DNA of 64,000 nt from Negaprion brevirostris (GCA_030324005.1 JARDVH010000059.1:60810900-60874899), one strand, 5' to 3'. Positions 12,653-25,485 are shown, numbered from the stretch's first letter. The notes: generated by a model not told the origin, from the letters alone. Made by a program: numbers and translations.

Positions 12653-14693
12653 AATATCTTCAGGACTCTCCCTGGTAACTACTTCAGCTACTTATGATGG
12701 TATTCTGTCACTGTACCTTTTGCTTCAACTTCGGATTTCTTTCCTTCACACCACCCATATCGCAATTCTTTCTTTCCTTCTTCCTTGATGTTTTCCTCTA
12801 CTGACCATGCTACATGTGGCTTCAACAATGAAAACATTGTCCCAGGCTTTCTTCTAAGAAGCAATTTAGCTGATGTCTTGTCAGTGGTAATGTGAGGTGT
12901 GTAATGATAAAACATTTGCCAGTTTGTGATTCAATGACAATTGACAGAGCTTCCAATTTGTATCTCAAATTTTCTTAGCAAAGTCACACTTAAATATTTG
13001 TACTGTTCGCCCTGCTATTCCATTTGGTGATAGAGTTCTACTCTGTTCATTCAGAAAAAACCTGAAAGCTCTTCTGAATAAAACTGACATCCTTTTTCAG
13101 ATACAGTTTCCTCTGGGAAGCCATAAGCAGCAAACAAACTGTAAAATACTTCCAGTTTTTCTATTTCATTGAATCCCTACAGTGCAGATTCCACTGGCCC
13201 ATCGAGTCTGCACGAACACAGCATCTTACCCAGTCCCTAATTCATTTCCATGCATGTACGCAACAAAAGAATCTTGCTCACAATTATATTTTCCAAGTCA
13301 CTGAATAATGTCTGTTGATGCAGCCATCCTTGAAGATCAGCTCAGCCATGCGTACAAACGGCCTTTCCATTAAGACTGATTTTAAAACTATATCTCAGCA
13401 AAAACAAACCCCTCAATTCCTGGTTTGCTGGAGAATTTGTCAATCTAAATTTGTTCAGCTAGAGACGTCCACTTTGTTGCCCAACTCTGATATCTTTGCA
13501 GAACTGAAAAGTAGTAGTAGCATGTAGAGTTCAAAGGTAATAACTGAAAAAACTATTTTGTTCTGGTTTGACTATAGATGCGTACACAAAGAAGTTGTGA
13601 ATACAATAAGGTTATAGATATTGCTATGTATTCTAAAATTGATGGGGTGAATTTCCATTGGTACTCACTCACATGTGCCATAAAGTACTGAAAGTGGTCA
13701 TTTGCTCAGTGTTTCTACGTTGAGAACAAGAAGCCTTGTAGAAATCCACGCATGGGAAAATGTTTAGGATTGGGTAAATTGCGCTTGGGAGTTGCACATT
13801 TCAACACTATGCAGTGACAATAAATGAGACATTTAATTTCTGGAAAGCTGGCCAGGCAGGCTGTGTGGAAGCTTTAAGTGATGCTACTTATCTCTGTATT
13901 TATTGTACACTTCTATATCTGGTTTAACAGCAACATTGTTCATTAAACTGGTGAAGCACTCAATCCATGTGCAAAAAACCTAAGGTTATAAACTTCAATG
14001 CAGGCAACTTGAAATGTACATAACGCTGAACAATCCTTCATCTTTAAAAATGCTAGTCACAAAGTAAAGTTAAAAAAGATAACCCCACTCCATTGTAGTT
14101 GAAATGCAACTGGTCTAAAGCCCAACTGATGTCAAAGTATTTCCTCAGAGTGCTTGCCAAACCTATAATAATTCTCGGATGAACCACTTCAAACAGTTGT
14201 ATTTATTTTACATGCTTGTGTTGGAAAAGCCATTTTACTTGAATAGTTGAAACTTTAAAACCCAGTCTGTTAATTAATGTAACTTCAAATTACTAGATAA
14301 CAATTGTTTTTCTTTTAAATTGAACCATTTGTGGTTCAGTTTGTATATTAAGCACAGTATTGCCTGCCATCCACCCAGGAACACTTCCTTTTAATAGCTC
14401 TATCTTCACATGTGCTAAGTTTGTAAATGAGCAAAAGCTGATCGATGGCTTTGGGGAAAAGAAACGCTGACACAGCTTCTGAAAAAGCTGACAGTCCAAG
14501 ACATTTGAAAACAAGTAATTGCCCAAACTTTCTAAATTAAACTGTAGGAAAACACAGCAGCCCAGAAATTCCAGAGAGGCCTTTTAGAGTGGATCTCCAC
14601 ATGTGCATTTTTTTCTCCATCCATAGCTGGGATATGATTTCAATCCCAGGATCAGGACTATTTACCTGCAGCACTAGGTGCAATAGGCAACCC

Positions 14694-15155
14694 TTGACAG
14701 CACGAGGTACAATAAGCACACCATTGACAGTGCTAGGTACAATATGCGCACGATTGACAGTGCTAGGTACAATATGCGCACGATTGACAGTGCTAGGTAC
14801 AATATGCGCATGATTGACAGTACTAGGTACAATATGCGCACCATTGATAGTGGTAGGTACAATATGTGCACCACTGACAGTGCTAGGTACGGTATGTGCA
14901 CCACTGACGGTACACCATTGACAATGCTAAGTACAATATGCGTACCATTGACAGTGCTAGATAGAATATACGCACCATTGACAGTGGTAGGTGCAATATG
15001 CGCACCACTGACAGTGCTAGGTATGGTATGTGCACCACTGACAGTATACCATTGACAGTACTAGGTACAATATGCACACCGTTGACAGTGCTAGGTACAA
15101 TATGCGCACCATTGACAGTACTAGGTACAATATGCGCGCCACTGACAGTGCTAGG
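14694..15155. repeat. 30-bp minisatellite (about 15 units)
   Basis: Unit TTGACAGTGCTAGGTACAATATGCGCACCA in tandem, with two 14-bp partial units. Confidence 0.95.
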
Positions 15156-16588
15156 AGGCAGGGGAGAGATTGTGCCTTTGAACAGTATTATGTGGTTTCA
15201 CACTTCTGGCTCTTTTTTAAATTCTTAAGTGCTGCTGCTTTCCCATTGGACCAAATTCTCAGTGAAATTCAGATTAAATGCTCTGCAATGGTTTGTTAGC
15301 TGGGAAACATCATTTAAAATTTGAATTTTTCCCAATCAGAATGCTGCAAAACAGTGTATCTGCCTGTACACTCTTGAGACCAGCTTTACAACATGGCAAT
15401 GCACAATAAGCTTTTTCAAATACTTTTGCCTCCTTCTCTTTAGAAATTTTTGATGAGTGAAAATAGGTGTACATATGCAGACATAACTGGCTCCCTGTCC
15501 TAAATTCAACACACCTACCCAGACATTGGCTCTTCCGTTAGTCCAGCAAGTTGCAAGTCCAATGTTCCTTTACTGGCACTGGGAAGGAAAATCCATAAGA
15601 ACATGAAAGGCTGGAATAAATCCAAATTTTGAAGCCTTTCCAGGAAAGGTGGGAAGGGTGGTTTCAGCTCATGCGTCCCTAAAATTTATTTTCACCTTTA
15701 TTAAAAATTAAGCAGAGTAGTCCTAATGCTCTTGGAACCCAAATCCCAACAAGACTCATTTGTTTTCAATGGAAAGATCTTTAAATCAAGCAGGAAAAAG
15801 CCCATTTTTTCAATGTATTTGCCATAAAGGAAGAGGTGAACATGCCTTGAAGAGGAGCTGTGCTTCCCTGTGGGAGAAGATGAGGAAATTGCAAATGATT
15901 AAGTCTTTTGAGGGTTGAGGCTTCAACTCAAAAGCTTCCACCCATCCTGTTTATGTTTTAACAATATGATGTGCAAGTGGGTCAAATTTAACAAAAATGA
16001 GCAGATTCTCTGTGACTGGTTTGCAACCCCTTTCACAAATAAGGCCCCAGCATACACAAATCCTTTCTAGCCTACAGGCACAAAGCCAGCACAGGAGGAC
16101 CTACGTGTTGTTGCATCTTCACTTGCATAACTGTGCTGCCAAACCACAGAATTCCATACCTATACACAAATTGTCACTGTTTGCACATGTGCATGACTCA
16201 GCAGATTCGCACTTGCAATAATATTTAATTGCATTTGGAGTGAAAAGTTGCAAAGCATTGATTTTAAAGTACTGCCATTAAAAATATGACTGACCTGAAG
16301 AAATATATGAAAGATTAATGATTGCCATGCAAGCCTCATTCAATGATGGTAACCAATGTCCTCCTCCAACCCCGATCTCCCCTCTTCCATTTGAAAGAAT
16401 TGCACAGATTTGTGTAGATTTAAATGTTTTTTCTTATTAACAGCAGTTTTAATTCTGTTTTTTCTATCAAACATGTTTCTCCTTTAATGTTTGATTTTAT
16501 TTTGTAAGCTGTTCTTCAGTGCTTTAAGAATTATTGTCTACTACATTGTTGTAGTAATTAATGTTGAGTATTGCTGAAAAAAGGCTTC

Positions 16589-16622
16589 TGTCAAAACTTT
16601 TAATCTTGCAATCATCAGGACA
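16589..16622 (-). ncRNA. Degenerate minimal hammerhead-ribozyme motif (inverted copy, family B)
   Basis: The minus strand has the CTGATGA core and an intact TGTC/GACA stem I; the GAAA box is mutated. Confidence 0.4.
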
Positions 16623-17963
16623 TTCACAAGAATACAATGTAAGGGAAATTAACATTTATACTTCATGACGAACATATTGATTGGTTGGCAAGTGGGCTCT
16701 GATTGATAGAGGATTGACATGTAAATGCACCAGTTGATGGAGACTGACAACAAACTGTCAAGCATTGTTTGAAATTTAAATCAGGTAGCTTGAGTCTGAT
16801 CAAGATGTTGCCATGGATCCCCTCTAAGTCCAGCTCTGGCAAAATGTTTTTTGGTGTTCATGAGAAATGTCTGTTGGACCTTGCATATTTCTGATGTATG
16901 GATGATATGTTTGCTATACTTAAATCTGCAGCCACATGTAATAATTTCCTTATATCTTACTGGACTTCATCCTATGCTCAAATTCACCTTTGATATGCGG
17001 CAGTAAAATAAGTACTAGTTGAGATATCTACCAGGAGATTCATTACCATGGTCTATGCAGGCCTACCTTCACTGGTCAATATATATGTTGGGATTCTTAC
17101 ATTACCACATGCTGTAAGATTGGCCTAATTCGCAATCATGTAAATGAAGCCCAAGCCATTTGCTGACCATGTTAGCTGGATGCTGAAATGGAGGACATCA
17201 AAGGTATCCTGTGGGAAAATGACTACCCTGATCAGATCATTTTGAGTTGTACATCGTGCAAACTCATAATTGGACCAAAGCCATCGCTTTCAACCCTAAA
17301 AAGTGTCCAGTGTACCCTAAATTGCCTGGAAGGGCAATGTATCAAAAATTTGAGCAACAAGTGAAGCTAGCTGTTTCCTGCTGCTGCTACGCAATAGCAA
17401 CACAAGTGGTATTAGACGCTAACAGAATGCAACCATCAAGCCAAAAAGATATTCTGCCTTTCACAAAAATACATAATGTCTTATATGAATTTCAATGCCA
17501 GTGTGATATTGGGTATGTAGGTTATACAACCCAAAGACTGGCAGATCACATCAAAAAGCATGTCCCTTCTGCAGGTGAAATGGGCAAGCTGCAAGTCATA
17601 CCCAATCAACGCCTGCTTGCTAAACGGTGTCCAGCATTAGGTGACATTCTCCAATTGGACAACATTTGCTAAATAATCCTCAGTGTGCTAAGAATTATGC
17701 TACCAACAAGTTAAAATTCATCCTGTGTCGGAGCGTGCCACATTTTCATGCACTAGAAGCCATAATTTAATATGCAGGACCCTGCTCTTTGCAGACTAAA
17801 ATAACATATATACACATTAGTGACAACCATTCGCTAATTCATTCCTTCGGGCAGTGACCAATCAGAGTCAAGCTGCCTGGTTTATAATTTCAAACAATGC
17901 TTGGCAGTTAACTGTCAGTCACCATCAACTAGGGCATTCTCCATGGCAGAAATTCTACTATTC

Positions 17964-18349
17964 CCAGCACCATAACAAAGAAGTAGAAATGGCGACAGGT
18001 ATCCGTTAGTAGTTGCCTACGTAAAGGTCACGCCATAATCAAGACAGAAAGTGGCCCAATGAAGTGCTGTAGAAGAGGATCTCTAAACATGCACACCAAG
18101 TTTGTCAGAGACCTNNNNNNNNNNTGATCCTTGAGGCCTGTGGTTTTATTCACTATGAAAGACATGCAATGGAATCATTGAAGGTTTCTAAAGACAAGTA
18201 TGCACTCAAATTCATCAAAAAGAGATTTAGCACTAACATCTGTGCAAAGAGGAAGAGAGAAGAATATAGTATTGCAAAAGACAGCTACGAAGAAAGATCA
18301 ATCTATTTAAAGTTGCTAGCATTAAAGTTATTTCAAAGTTTAAAAAAAA
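17964..18349 (+). pseudogene. RPL36: Processed pseudogene of 60S ribosomal protein L36
   Basis: Intronless and decayed, from ATG 17989: MA.RYP..., [61 protein letters not shown]...ATKKD, compared with RPL36 [54 protein letters not shown]...AKKD. ATTAAA at 18321-18326, A-tract at 18342-18349, flanking direct repeat TCTACTATTC (17954-17963) / TCTACCATTC (18351-18360). Confidence 0.9.
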
Positions 18350-18442
18350 CTCTACCATTCAGAGTCCATTTGCAAACCAATCAGCACTCTCTTCTGATAC
18401 AGTGTAAATTTGCTGATTTCCCTTGTATTTTACTCTTGCAAA

Positions 18443-18476
18443 TATCCTGATGAGTGCAAGATGAAAAGTTTTCACA
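18443..18476 (+). ncRNA. Degenerate minimal hammerhead-ribozyme motif in PLE terminal repeat (family B)
   Basis: TATC-CTGATGA-GTGCAAGAT-GAA-AAGTTT-T-CACA. The inverted partner at 16589-16622 reads TGTC-CTGATGA-TTGCAAGATT-AA-AAGTTT-T-GACA. Confidence 0.5.
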
Positions 18477-19074
18477 AAAAGTCCAGTTTCTGCAGCAATG
18501 TATTTGTCATTTCTTTAGGAAAAATTTATATTCTGGTATAAATCAACAAATTTTCATGTTGCAGTTTACTACTCCAATTCCAATTCAAAACTGACAAAAG
18601 TGTATACTAATATAATTTGTTTGACTGTGATGGTTCTTATTCTTCACCTGCCTCAACTATTTGGGATCTTTTTCATTAACCAAAAGATGGACATATTTAG
18701 CACAAGGGATTAGGGTAATCGTTACTATCAGAAGGGTGATTTTATCTGTCATAATATGGAAGCTCAATTCTTGAAATAGAGTCAAACATAGGAAATTGCA
18801 AAACTGTTCTTTAAAGTTACACTAGCAAAANNNNNNNNNNNNNNNNNNNNNNNNNNNNNNNNNNNNNNNNNNNNNNNNNNNNNNNNNNNNNNNNNNNNNN
18901 NNNNNNNNNNNNNNNNNNNNNNNNNNNNNNNNNNNNNNNNNNNNNNNNNNNNNNNNNNNNNNNNNNNNNNNNNNNNNNNNNNNNNNNNNNNNNNNNNNNN
19001 NNNNNNNNNNNNNNNNNNNNNNNNNNNNNNNNNNNNNNNNNNNNNNNNNNNNNNNNNNNNNNNNNNNNNNNNNN

Positions 19075-19165
19075 GATTTTGACCTCAGTTTTAAAATTCA
19101 CATCCTTATTCTCAAATGCTCCCTTGGCCTTTCCCCTCCCTATTTCTGTAATTTCCTCCAACCAA
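19075..19165 (+). mobile_element. L2-like LINE ORF2 C-terminal remnant
   Basis: Translates approximately FKIHILILKCSLGLSPPYFCNFLQ, compared with the L2 motif FKILILVFKSLHGLAPPYLCNLLQ. Confidence 0.45.
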
Positions 19166-20959
19166 GATTTTATACACGTTAGGCAGAATTTCAGGTCCCA
19201 TGGCAGTCAATAGGTTTTCCCATTGTTTGCACCCTCCACTGCCAGGAAACCCTTGGCAAGGGGTTGCTGTTCGCAGGAACAGAAGATCCCGCAGCTGAAA
19301 AATTTCTGTAATAGGTTGCCCAAAACTNNNNNNNNNNGCGGCGACCAAAACTGCAGCCAGTACTCATAATACTGGTAGCCCAGTCATCGCCTTGTATGAA
19401 TTTCTCTTTGATCTTTTGCCATCATACATGTTGCTTTGACATTTCAGTAATTGGTGGCAAAGAGGGGATTCACTGACAGCAAACAATGACAGTTAGCACA
19501 ACTCAACTGAAGTGACAGTAGAGACTGTACAATTACTTGGCACTCCTGCATTAAAGAGAAGGAAATCTGTGTGGGTGTTTAGTAAAGATGAGATCAGACT
19601 TTGCTGAAATATACTTGAGGTGGAACAGCTTGCCAACACAGTCTAGCATGGTTGTATAAGTAGATGACAACAGCAAAGAATTATCACCTTTAGAGAGAGA
19701 GAATAAATACTTTAAAAGGATTGTTGCCCGGTATTAAAGTGGAATGAGATTTGAGATTATTAAGGAGATTCTCTTAAACTGTCTCAAAATTGGAGCCAAA
19801 AAAATGCACTTGCATCACCTGAATTGGGTGAAGTTATAAACTGTTTGGATCCCCTGTTCTCATGGGACATGCCCAGCAATTTGAACTTAGCATGGTTCAG
19901 TTCTACCAACATTCTCATGCATGCAGACTCACAATCTTGAAATAATCAACAAAGAGTTTCAAAAATCCAATAACTCAAAAAAATATATAATCCTACACGG
20001 AGAAGTTCACTGAGATGTTCTTAAAGTGACTAAAATGCATTTAGTAGAATGGCATTGCATTCCGAAATTTGGTTTGTTTCCAAAAGCCAATAACTTTATT
20101 AATGATACGTTGAGAAAAAAGTAATTGGACTAAGAATAGAGAATCTTCCACTGTCACATTATTAAGGGCAAAAGCGCACACACATGTTTTCCATCATGGA
20201 GGCTTGGATGGGAAAAATCATGGGTAAAGTCCAAGATTTGGCCACACCTATACGGGTTGTGGATGTCACTGGCTAGGCCAGTATTTATTGCCCATCTCTA
20301 GTTGCCTTTGAAATATCAGAGATGTTTTTTGAAAGTGGTACCTAGCCTTTCAGTTTCTGCTTATTTCCACAGCATTGGGTATGCAAGTTGTGACAACTTG
20401 ATTCGTCATAGCATTTGGACTCAAGATCTCTAATTTTGTGAGTAGAAACTACACTTGGACTCTNNNNNNNNNNGAAGGCAGCTAAAAAAAAATAGCTCCC
20501 ACGATCATTACCATTCTGTCCCCAAACCACCTAAAACAGCAGTCAATTGCTCGTGATTGATATGTCATCGCTCTCTACATGTTAGTCCCTGCTGCATATC
20601 CCTCTTTGATATATTTTTATCTCACTTTGACTCTCAAGCGCAATTGATATGATCAATCTCTGAAGTATAATTTTTCCCTGAGAGCTTCAAAATTTGGGAC
20701 ACCATTGGATCTTATTTTATCACAAGCAGCAAGGAAAACCACCTGATTTGGGTTGCTGTGCTTGTGTACAGGTTATGTGCATGTGCAAATGATATTTCTG
20801 CAATATTCATGAATAATGTGTTGTATTGCAAAATAAGTTTTTGGAAATCTCCCAAAGAAAAATATTTAAAGAAGTAACAATTTGCATTAAGTGAATGCCA
20901 CCTTCCTTCAGCTGACAGGGCAGTAGCCAGACAGAACAGCCTTAGTAGTGTTGTCACAG

Positions 20960-21190
20960 TATAAGAAACATTAAAATGAATAGGAGGTGGCCATTCACCT
21001 CCTTCAAGACTGCTGCACCATTCATTATGGTCATGGCTGATCATTGAACTCAATAGCCTGATTCTTACTCCCTCCACCCTACCGTATCCTTTGATCGCCT
21101 TGCCCCTTGCTTCTTGAAAACAAAATGTTTGGCTTCAACTACTTTCTGTGGTAGCAAGTTCCATAGGCTGATCACTCCTTGGGGGTGAAG
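20960..21190 (-). mobile_element. CR1-like LINE 3' end
   Basis: Reverse complement of the CR1 3' UTR (GATCAGCCATGACCATAATGAATGG). Confidence 0.7.
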
Positions 21191-21801
21191 GAGTAGACTG
21201 AAACCTGGCTGTTGACAGTATTTCTGTTTTTATTGATACCTCTATTCTCTCCATTTGGGCTTTTTAAAAATTTCTATCCGTGCCTATAAAATAAACTTAG
21301 CTTCCAACGGCCAACAGGACAAATTCCAATGAATGTAAGGTTGAAGTATGAGAAGATCTCCAACATACTGCATATGAGAAGCATTTCTTTATAACTTGGA
21401 TATTCAAAATAGCAGGAACCTACTAATCTCTCAAGTCCTTACTTGAAAAGCCTCTTTGGGAATCCACATGATGCATCCAGGTAGCAGCTTGTCTACTGCT
21501 GAAAATATCATCTAAGTGTCTGCCAAATTCAACACTTCCCCTGTACATGTTCTGAATGCAAACAATTACATCATCATTGTCCAACAAATTTTAGCATTTG
21601 TGACAATTTGGATTGCAACGCAGGCATAAGCTCTGGCATGTAGATGCACAGAAAAGTCAACATTCTAGACATTATTAGAAGAACTGCCAAGAGGCATGAG
21701 ACACACATCAATACACAGGAAAAAAATTAAAGAATATTCTGATTGTAAAATGTCAGGTAAAAGGGCTGACTGAGATTGATTTATTAGTATCTGTCAGAGA
21801 T

Positions 21802-22078
21802 TGATTTATTAGTATCACAAATAGGCTAACATTAACACTGCGATTAAGTTACCGTGAAAATCCCGTAGTCACTGAACTCTGACACCTGTTTGGGTACGCT
21901 GAGGATTTAGCATGGCCAAAGCATCTAACCAGCACATCTTTCAAACGGTGAGAGGAAACAGGACCACCTGGAGGAAACCCATGCAGACACAGGATGACAT
22001 GCAGACTCTGCATAGGCAGTGACCCAAACCAGAAATCGAACCCGGGTCTTTGTCACTGTGAGGCAGCAGTGCTAACCT
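21802..22078 (-). mobile_element. V-SINE, tail type B
   Basis: Collinear with 9191-9480. Confidence 0.8.
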
Positions 22079-23299
22079 TAGTGGGCATTTACCATGCATG
22101 AATCTTGTTTTATCCAGAAATGCTATGCTGTTTTTTTTCAGTCCATTTTGTTCAATACGTGATTAATTTGTTTTTCAAAATAATAAGATGATTATTTTGG
22201 GATTTGTGCATACAATCTGGTGTTGTACTGTGAAAATAAAAGGGAAATTTTGGGAACTTTCTCAGAAAGATGTTTGAACCTGGCCCTTTACAGAACCAGC
22301 CTTTTGCAGCAAGTGAACAATAGCTCCCTTGGCTGACAGTGGCACGCTGCTGCTGCTGCTCTTTAAAGAGATTGGCATTTTTGCACCTTGCTGCTTCGAC
22401 CAGCTGTTCAGGGATGTTAGCTAAGCAGCAGTCACTGCCGCCATGGAAATGCTAAGAGCTCAAATAATCTTTTTATACTTGCACATTGGAATTTATTTGG
22501 GTTGTAGCGGAAGAGCAGAGCTTCATTTTGCTGCTCAACCCCTGAATTTAAGGATTTAAGCATTTGAATGGAGCTCACAAACAAATCATGTAGAGTGTTA
22601 CACTCATGCAGAGCTCCTGATGTTTTCATTGTTAAACTGCCTTGTGGCTATCGAGCCCCATTCAACCATGATTTAACAAGGAGTGTGGAGAAGCAACACG
22701 GGAATAGCACTAAGCTTACTTAAGAATGAGGTGTCAATTGGTATAGCTGCAATACATGCATGCCAAGTGATGGAAGGCTACTGGTGAGAGCTAAGCAAAC
22801 CCATAGCAAACTGGTCAGATCAATTCTCTGCAGTCCTGCCACATCCAGTTGTGAAAAGTGTGACACAATTATCTGACATTCCCGATAACGTAAGATCAGA
22901 AATGGGAATATCCACTGATGATTGCAGAGTGCTCAATACCATTCACAACTCCTTGGGTATCTCTGCGTATAGCAAGATTTGGACCACATTTAACATGGGG
23001 CTGATAAGTGGCAAGCAATATTCTGTCCATACAAGTGCCAGGCAATGACCATCTCCACACGAGTTTTCATCATCAAATCTCCCGCCATCACATTCAAGGG
23101 ATCACCACTGACCAGAATCTTAACCATATAAATGTGATCACGGGAATAAGTTAGGCTGATTATTCAACTGCAAGTAACAACCCCACCCCCTCCCCTAACC
23201 CCACAAAGCCTTTACACCACCTACATGGCAGAAGTCAGGAGTAAATACTCATTCATCTCTAGTATCACATGATAAACAGATAAGAATCTGCCATTTGGC

Positions 23300-25080
23300 A
23301 CTTAGAACCTTAGAACTTACATTTTGTAAGATTATGGATGATTGCCTCAATTCCACTTTCTTGTACAATCCCCATATCCATTCTCTGCCCGTTGAAGTGG
23401 TGGAGGCTGCCTCGCTAAATATTTTTAAGACGCAGGTTGATGGGTTTTTGATAAGCNNNNNNNNNNNNNNNNNNNNNNNNNNNNNNNNNNNNNNNNNNNN
23501 NNNNNNNNNNNNNNNNNNNNNNNNNNNNNNNNNNNNNNNNNNNNNNNNNNNNNNNNGATCTTATTGAATGGCGGGGCAGGCTCGAAGGGCTAGATGGCCT
23601 ACTCCTGCTCCTATTTCTTATGTTCTTATTCCATTAATACCTAAAGTCAGTCTATGTTGAATATGTCAATGACTGAACATCCACAGCTCTGAGGGTAGGA
23701 ATCCCGAAGATTCATAATTCTTTTGAGTGAAGAAATTTCTCCTCTGTTGTAAATGACTGATCCATTTTCTCGGAACATGACCATGGCCCAGATTCCCCAG
23801 TCAGGGGAATAGTTTCTTGGCACTCTGTTAAGCCTCTATTTTGCTTCAATTGGATCACTTCCCATTCTTCTAAATACCAGGGAATTAAGGCCTAGTCTAC
23901 TCAAATCTCCCCTCATTGGATAGTTCTGTCATCCCAGGAGGCAGTCTAGTGAAACTTTGTTGCATTCCCTTTACAGCAAGTACATCTAGCCTTCCTTGGG
24001 CAAGGAAACTGAATTAGCACACAATTGTGCCCCGACCAATGCCCTGTACAATTATAGGAAGACTTCTTTACTCCAAACTTGAATTACAAAAGATTAGTGT
24101 ACCATTTGCTAGCTGTACCTGTATGTTAACTTCCTGTGATTCATGTACAGGGACACCCAGATCTTCCCAGTCTCTCATCATTCAAAAATTCTGTATTTTT
24201 TTATTTTTCCTACCACAGTAAATCACTTCAAATTTTGCCACACTTTATTCCATTTGCTGTGTTCTTGCCCTATATCACTCTGCATTCTTTCCATTTTCCT
24301 CACTGTTTACTTTTCACCTAACTTTGTACCAGTAGCAAACTATATTGTAGTTTGTTGCAAATTATGTTACCCTTGATCCCCTCAAATAAATCATTAATAC
24401 AGATTGTTAATAGTTGACACTCAAGTGCTGTCCCTCAAAGTACCCACCCTATTACAACCAAATAGTTGCAAAATGACCCATTTATTCATTCCTACTCTTG
24501 TGTCTGTCCAATACCATTCCTCAGTCCAAGCTAATGTAACAGTCCCATTTCCTAATTTTGTGTAATAACCTCTTGTGTGGCACATTTATTGAATGCTTTT
24601 TGAAAATCCAAAGAGGCTACTTCCTCTGGTTTCCCCCATATCCACCTACTGGTTACATCCTCAAAAATCTCTATGCATTGTCAAACGTGATTTCCCTTCC
24701 ATAAATCCCATGTTGACTCGTGATTATTTATATTATGATTTTCTAAGTATCCTGTTATCTCCCTAATAATAGATTCTAGCATTTTGCCCACTGATATCAG
24801 GCTAACTGATCTATAGTTCCCTGTTTTCTCTCTTCCTCAAAAGTGAGGGTTATGTTTACTACCTTCCAGTCCTTAAGGGCTGTTGTAGAATCAAAGGAAT
24901 TCTAGAAAATGAAAATCAATACCTTTACTATCTCTGCTGCTATTATTTTTTAAAACCCTAGGTCACAAGTCATCTAGTCCAGGGGTTTTGTCATTACTCA
25001 GTCCTATTAATTTCTCCTTTACCATTTTTTATATTTATTTCTTTAAGTTCCTCCTTCTTTCTGGACCCTTGGCTCCACAT
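23300..25080 (-). mobile_element. Old CR1-like LINE (RT to 3' end) with a younger CR1 3' end (+, ~23384-23629) inserted
   Basis: Minus-strand CR1 motifs (DFQKAF ~24600, YR.VSLISV ~24800). The inserted copy ends GGCCTACTCCTGCTCCTATTTCTTATGTTCTTAT. Confidence 0.75.
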
Positions 25081-25089
25081 TATTGAGAA

Positions 25090-25485
25090 CACTGCAGAAT
25101 TTCAACCAGTTCATTTGTTTGGCACCATATTTACCACCCTAAGCATTAATTCCCTCTACCGTCAGTGCATCATGGCAACACTGCAGCAACTTGCCAGGTT
25201 CTCTGTGATGTCAGGTCCCAAACCTGTCATCTGCAATCCAGAAGAACGAGGGCAACAAACGCAGAGGGGTTCCACCACTTTCAAGTCACACACATCCTGG
25301 CCTGGAAATTGCTTGTTTCTTCATCCCTCGAACTCCATACTTAAAGGCATTGTGGGAGTACCTAGACCACGGGGACTGCAGAAATTAAAAAGGGCAGCTC
25401 GCCATCACCTTTTCAATGCAGTTAAGGATGGGTAATGAACACTGGCTTTGCCAGAGATGTGCAAACTTCCAGAAGGAATAAAAAG
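25090..25485 (+). mobile_element. LINE 3' end (second CR1/L2-group family)
   Basis: Encodes NSILKGIVGVPRPRGLQKLKRAARHHL, with the same tail as 2172-2235. Confidence 0.65.

Larger units (their letters stand above)
16570..18499 (+). mobile_element. Decayed Penelope-like element (Penelope/Poseidon type, RT + GIY-YIG) with inverted terminal repeats
   Basis: Degenerate RT motifs (G)VAM(G)SPL ~16805, MDDMFA ~16898, LHPMLKFTF ~16965, (K)PTFTGQY..WDS ~17062, ILWENDYPDQII ~17205. GIY-YIG-like NVLYEFQCQCDIGYVGYTTQRLADHIKKHVP at 17475-17567. Segment 16570-16805 is the reverse complement of 17855-17960 plus 18350-18499. Confidence 0.85.

Noticed and set aside
14589-15299. Several repetitive ORFs and a CRISPR-like appearance
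   Set aside because: Head-to-tail 30-bp units with no unique spacers, no cas genes and a vertebrate context. The ORFs exist only because the unit length is divisible by 3.
17247-17672. 141-aa ORF as a host GIY-YIG nuclease gene
   Set aside because: Part of a frameshifted, stop-ridden Penelope-like ORF; no sign of domestication.
21772-21816. 20-bp direct repeat GAGATTGATTTATTAGTATC at a SINE 3' end
   Set aside because: A small local duplication with no evidence of function.
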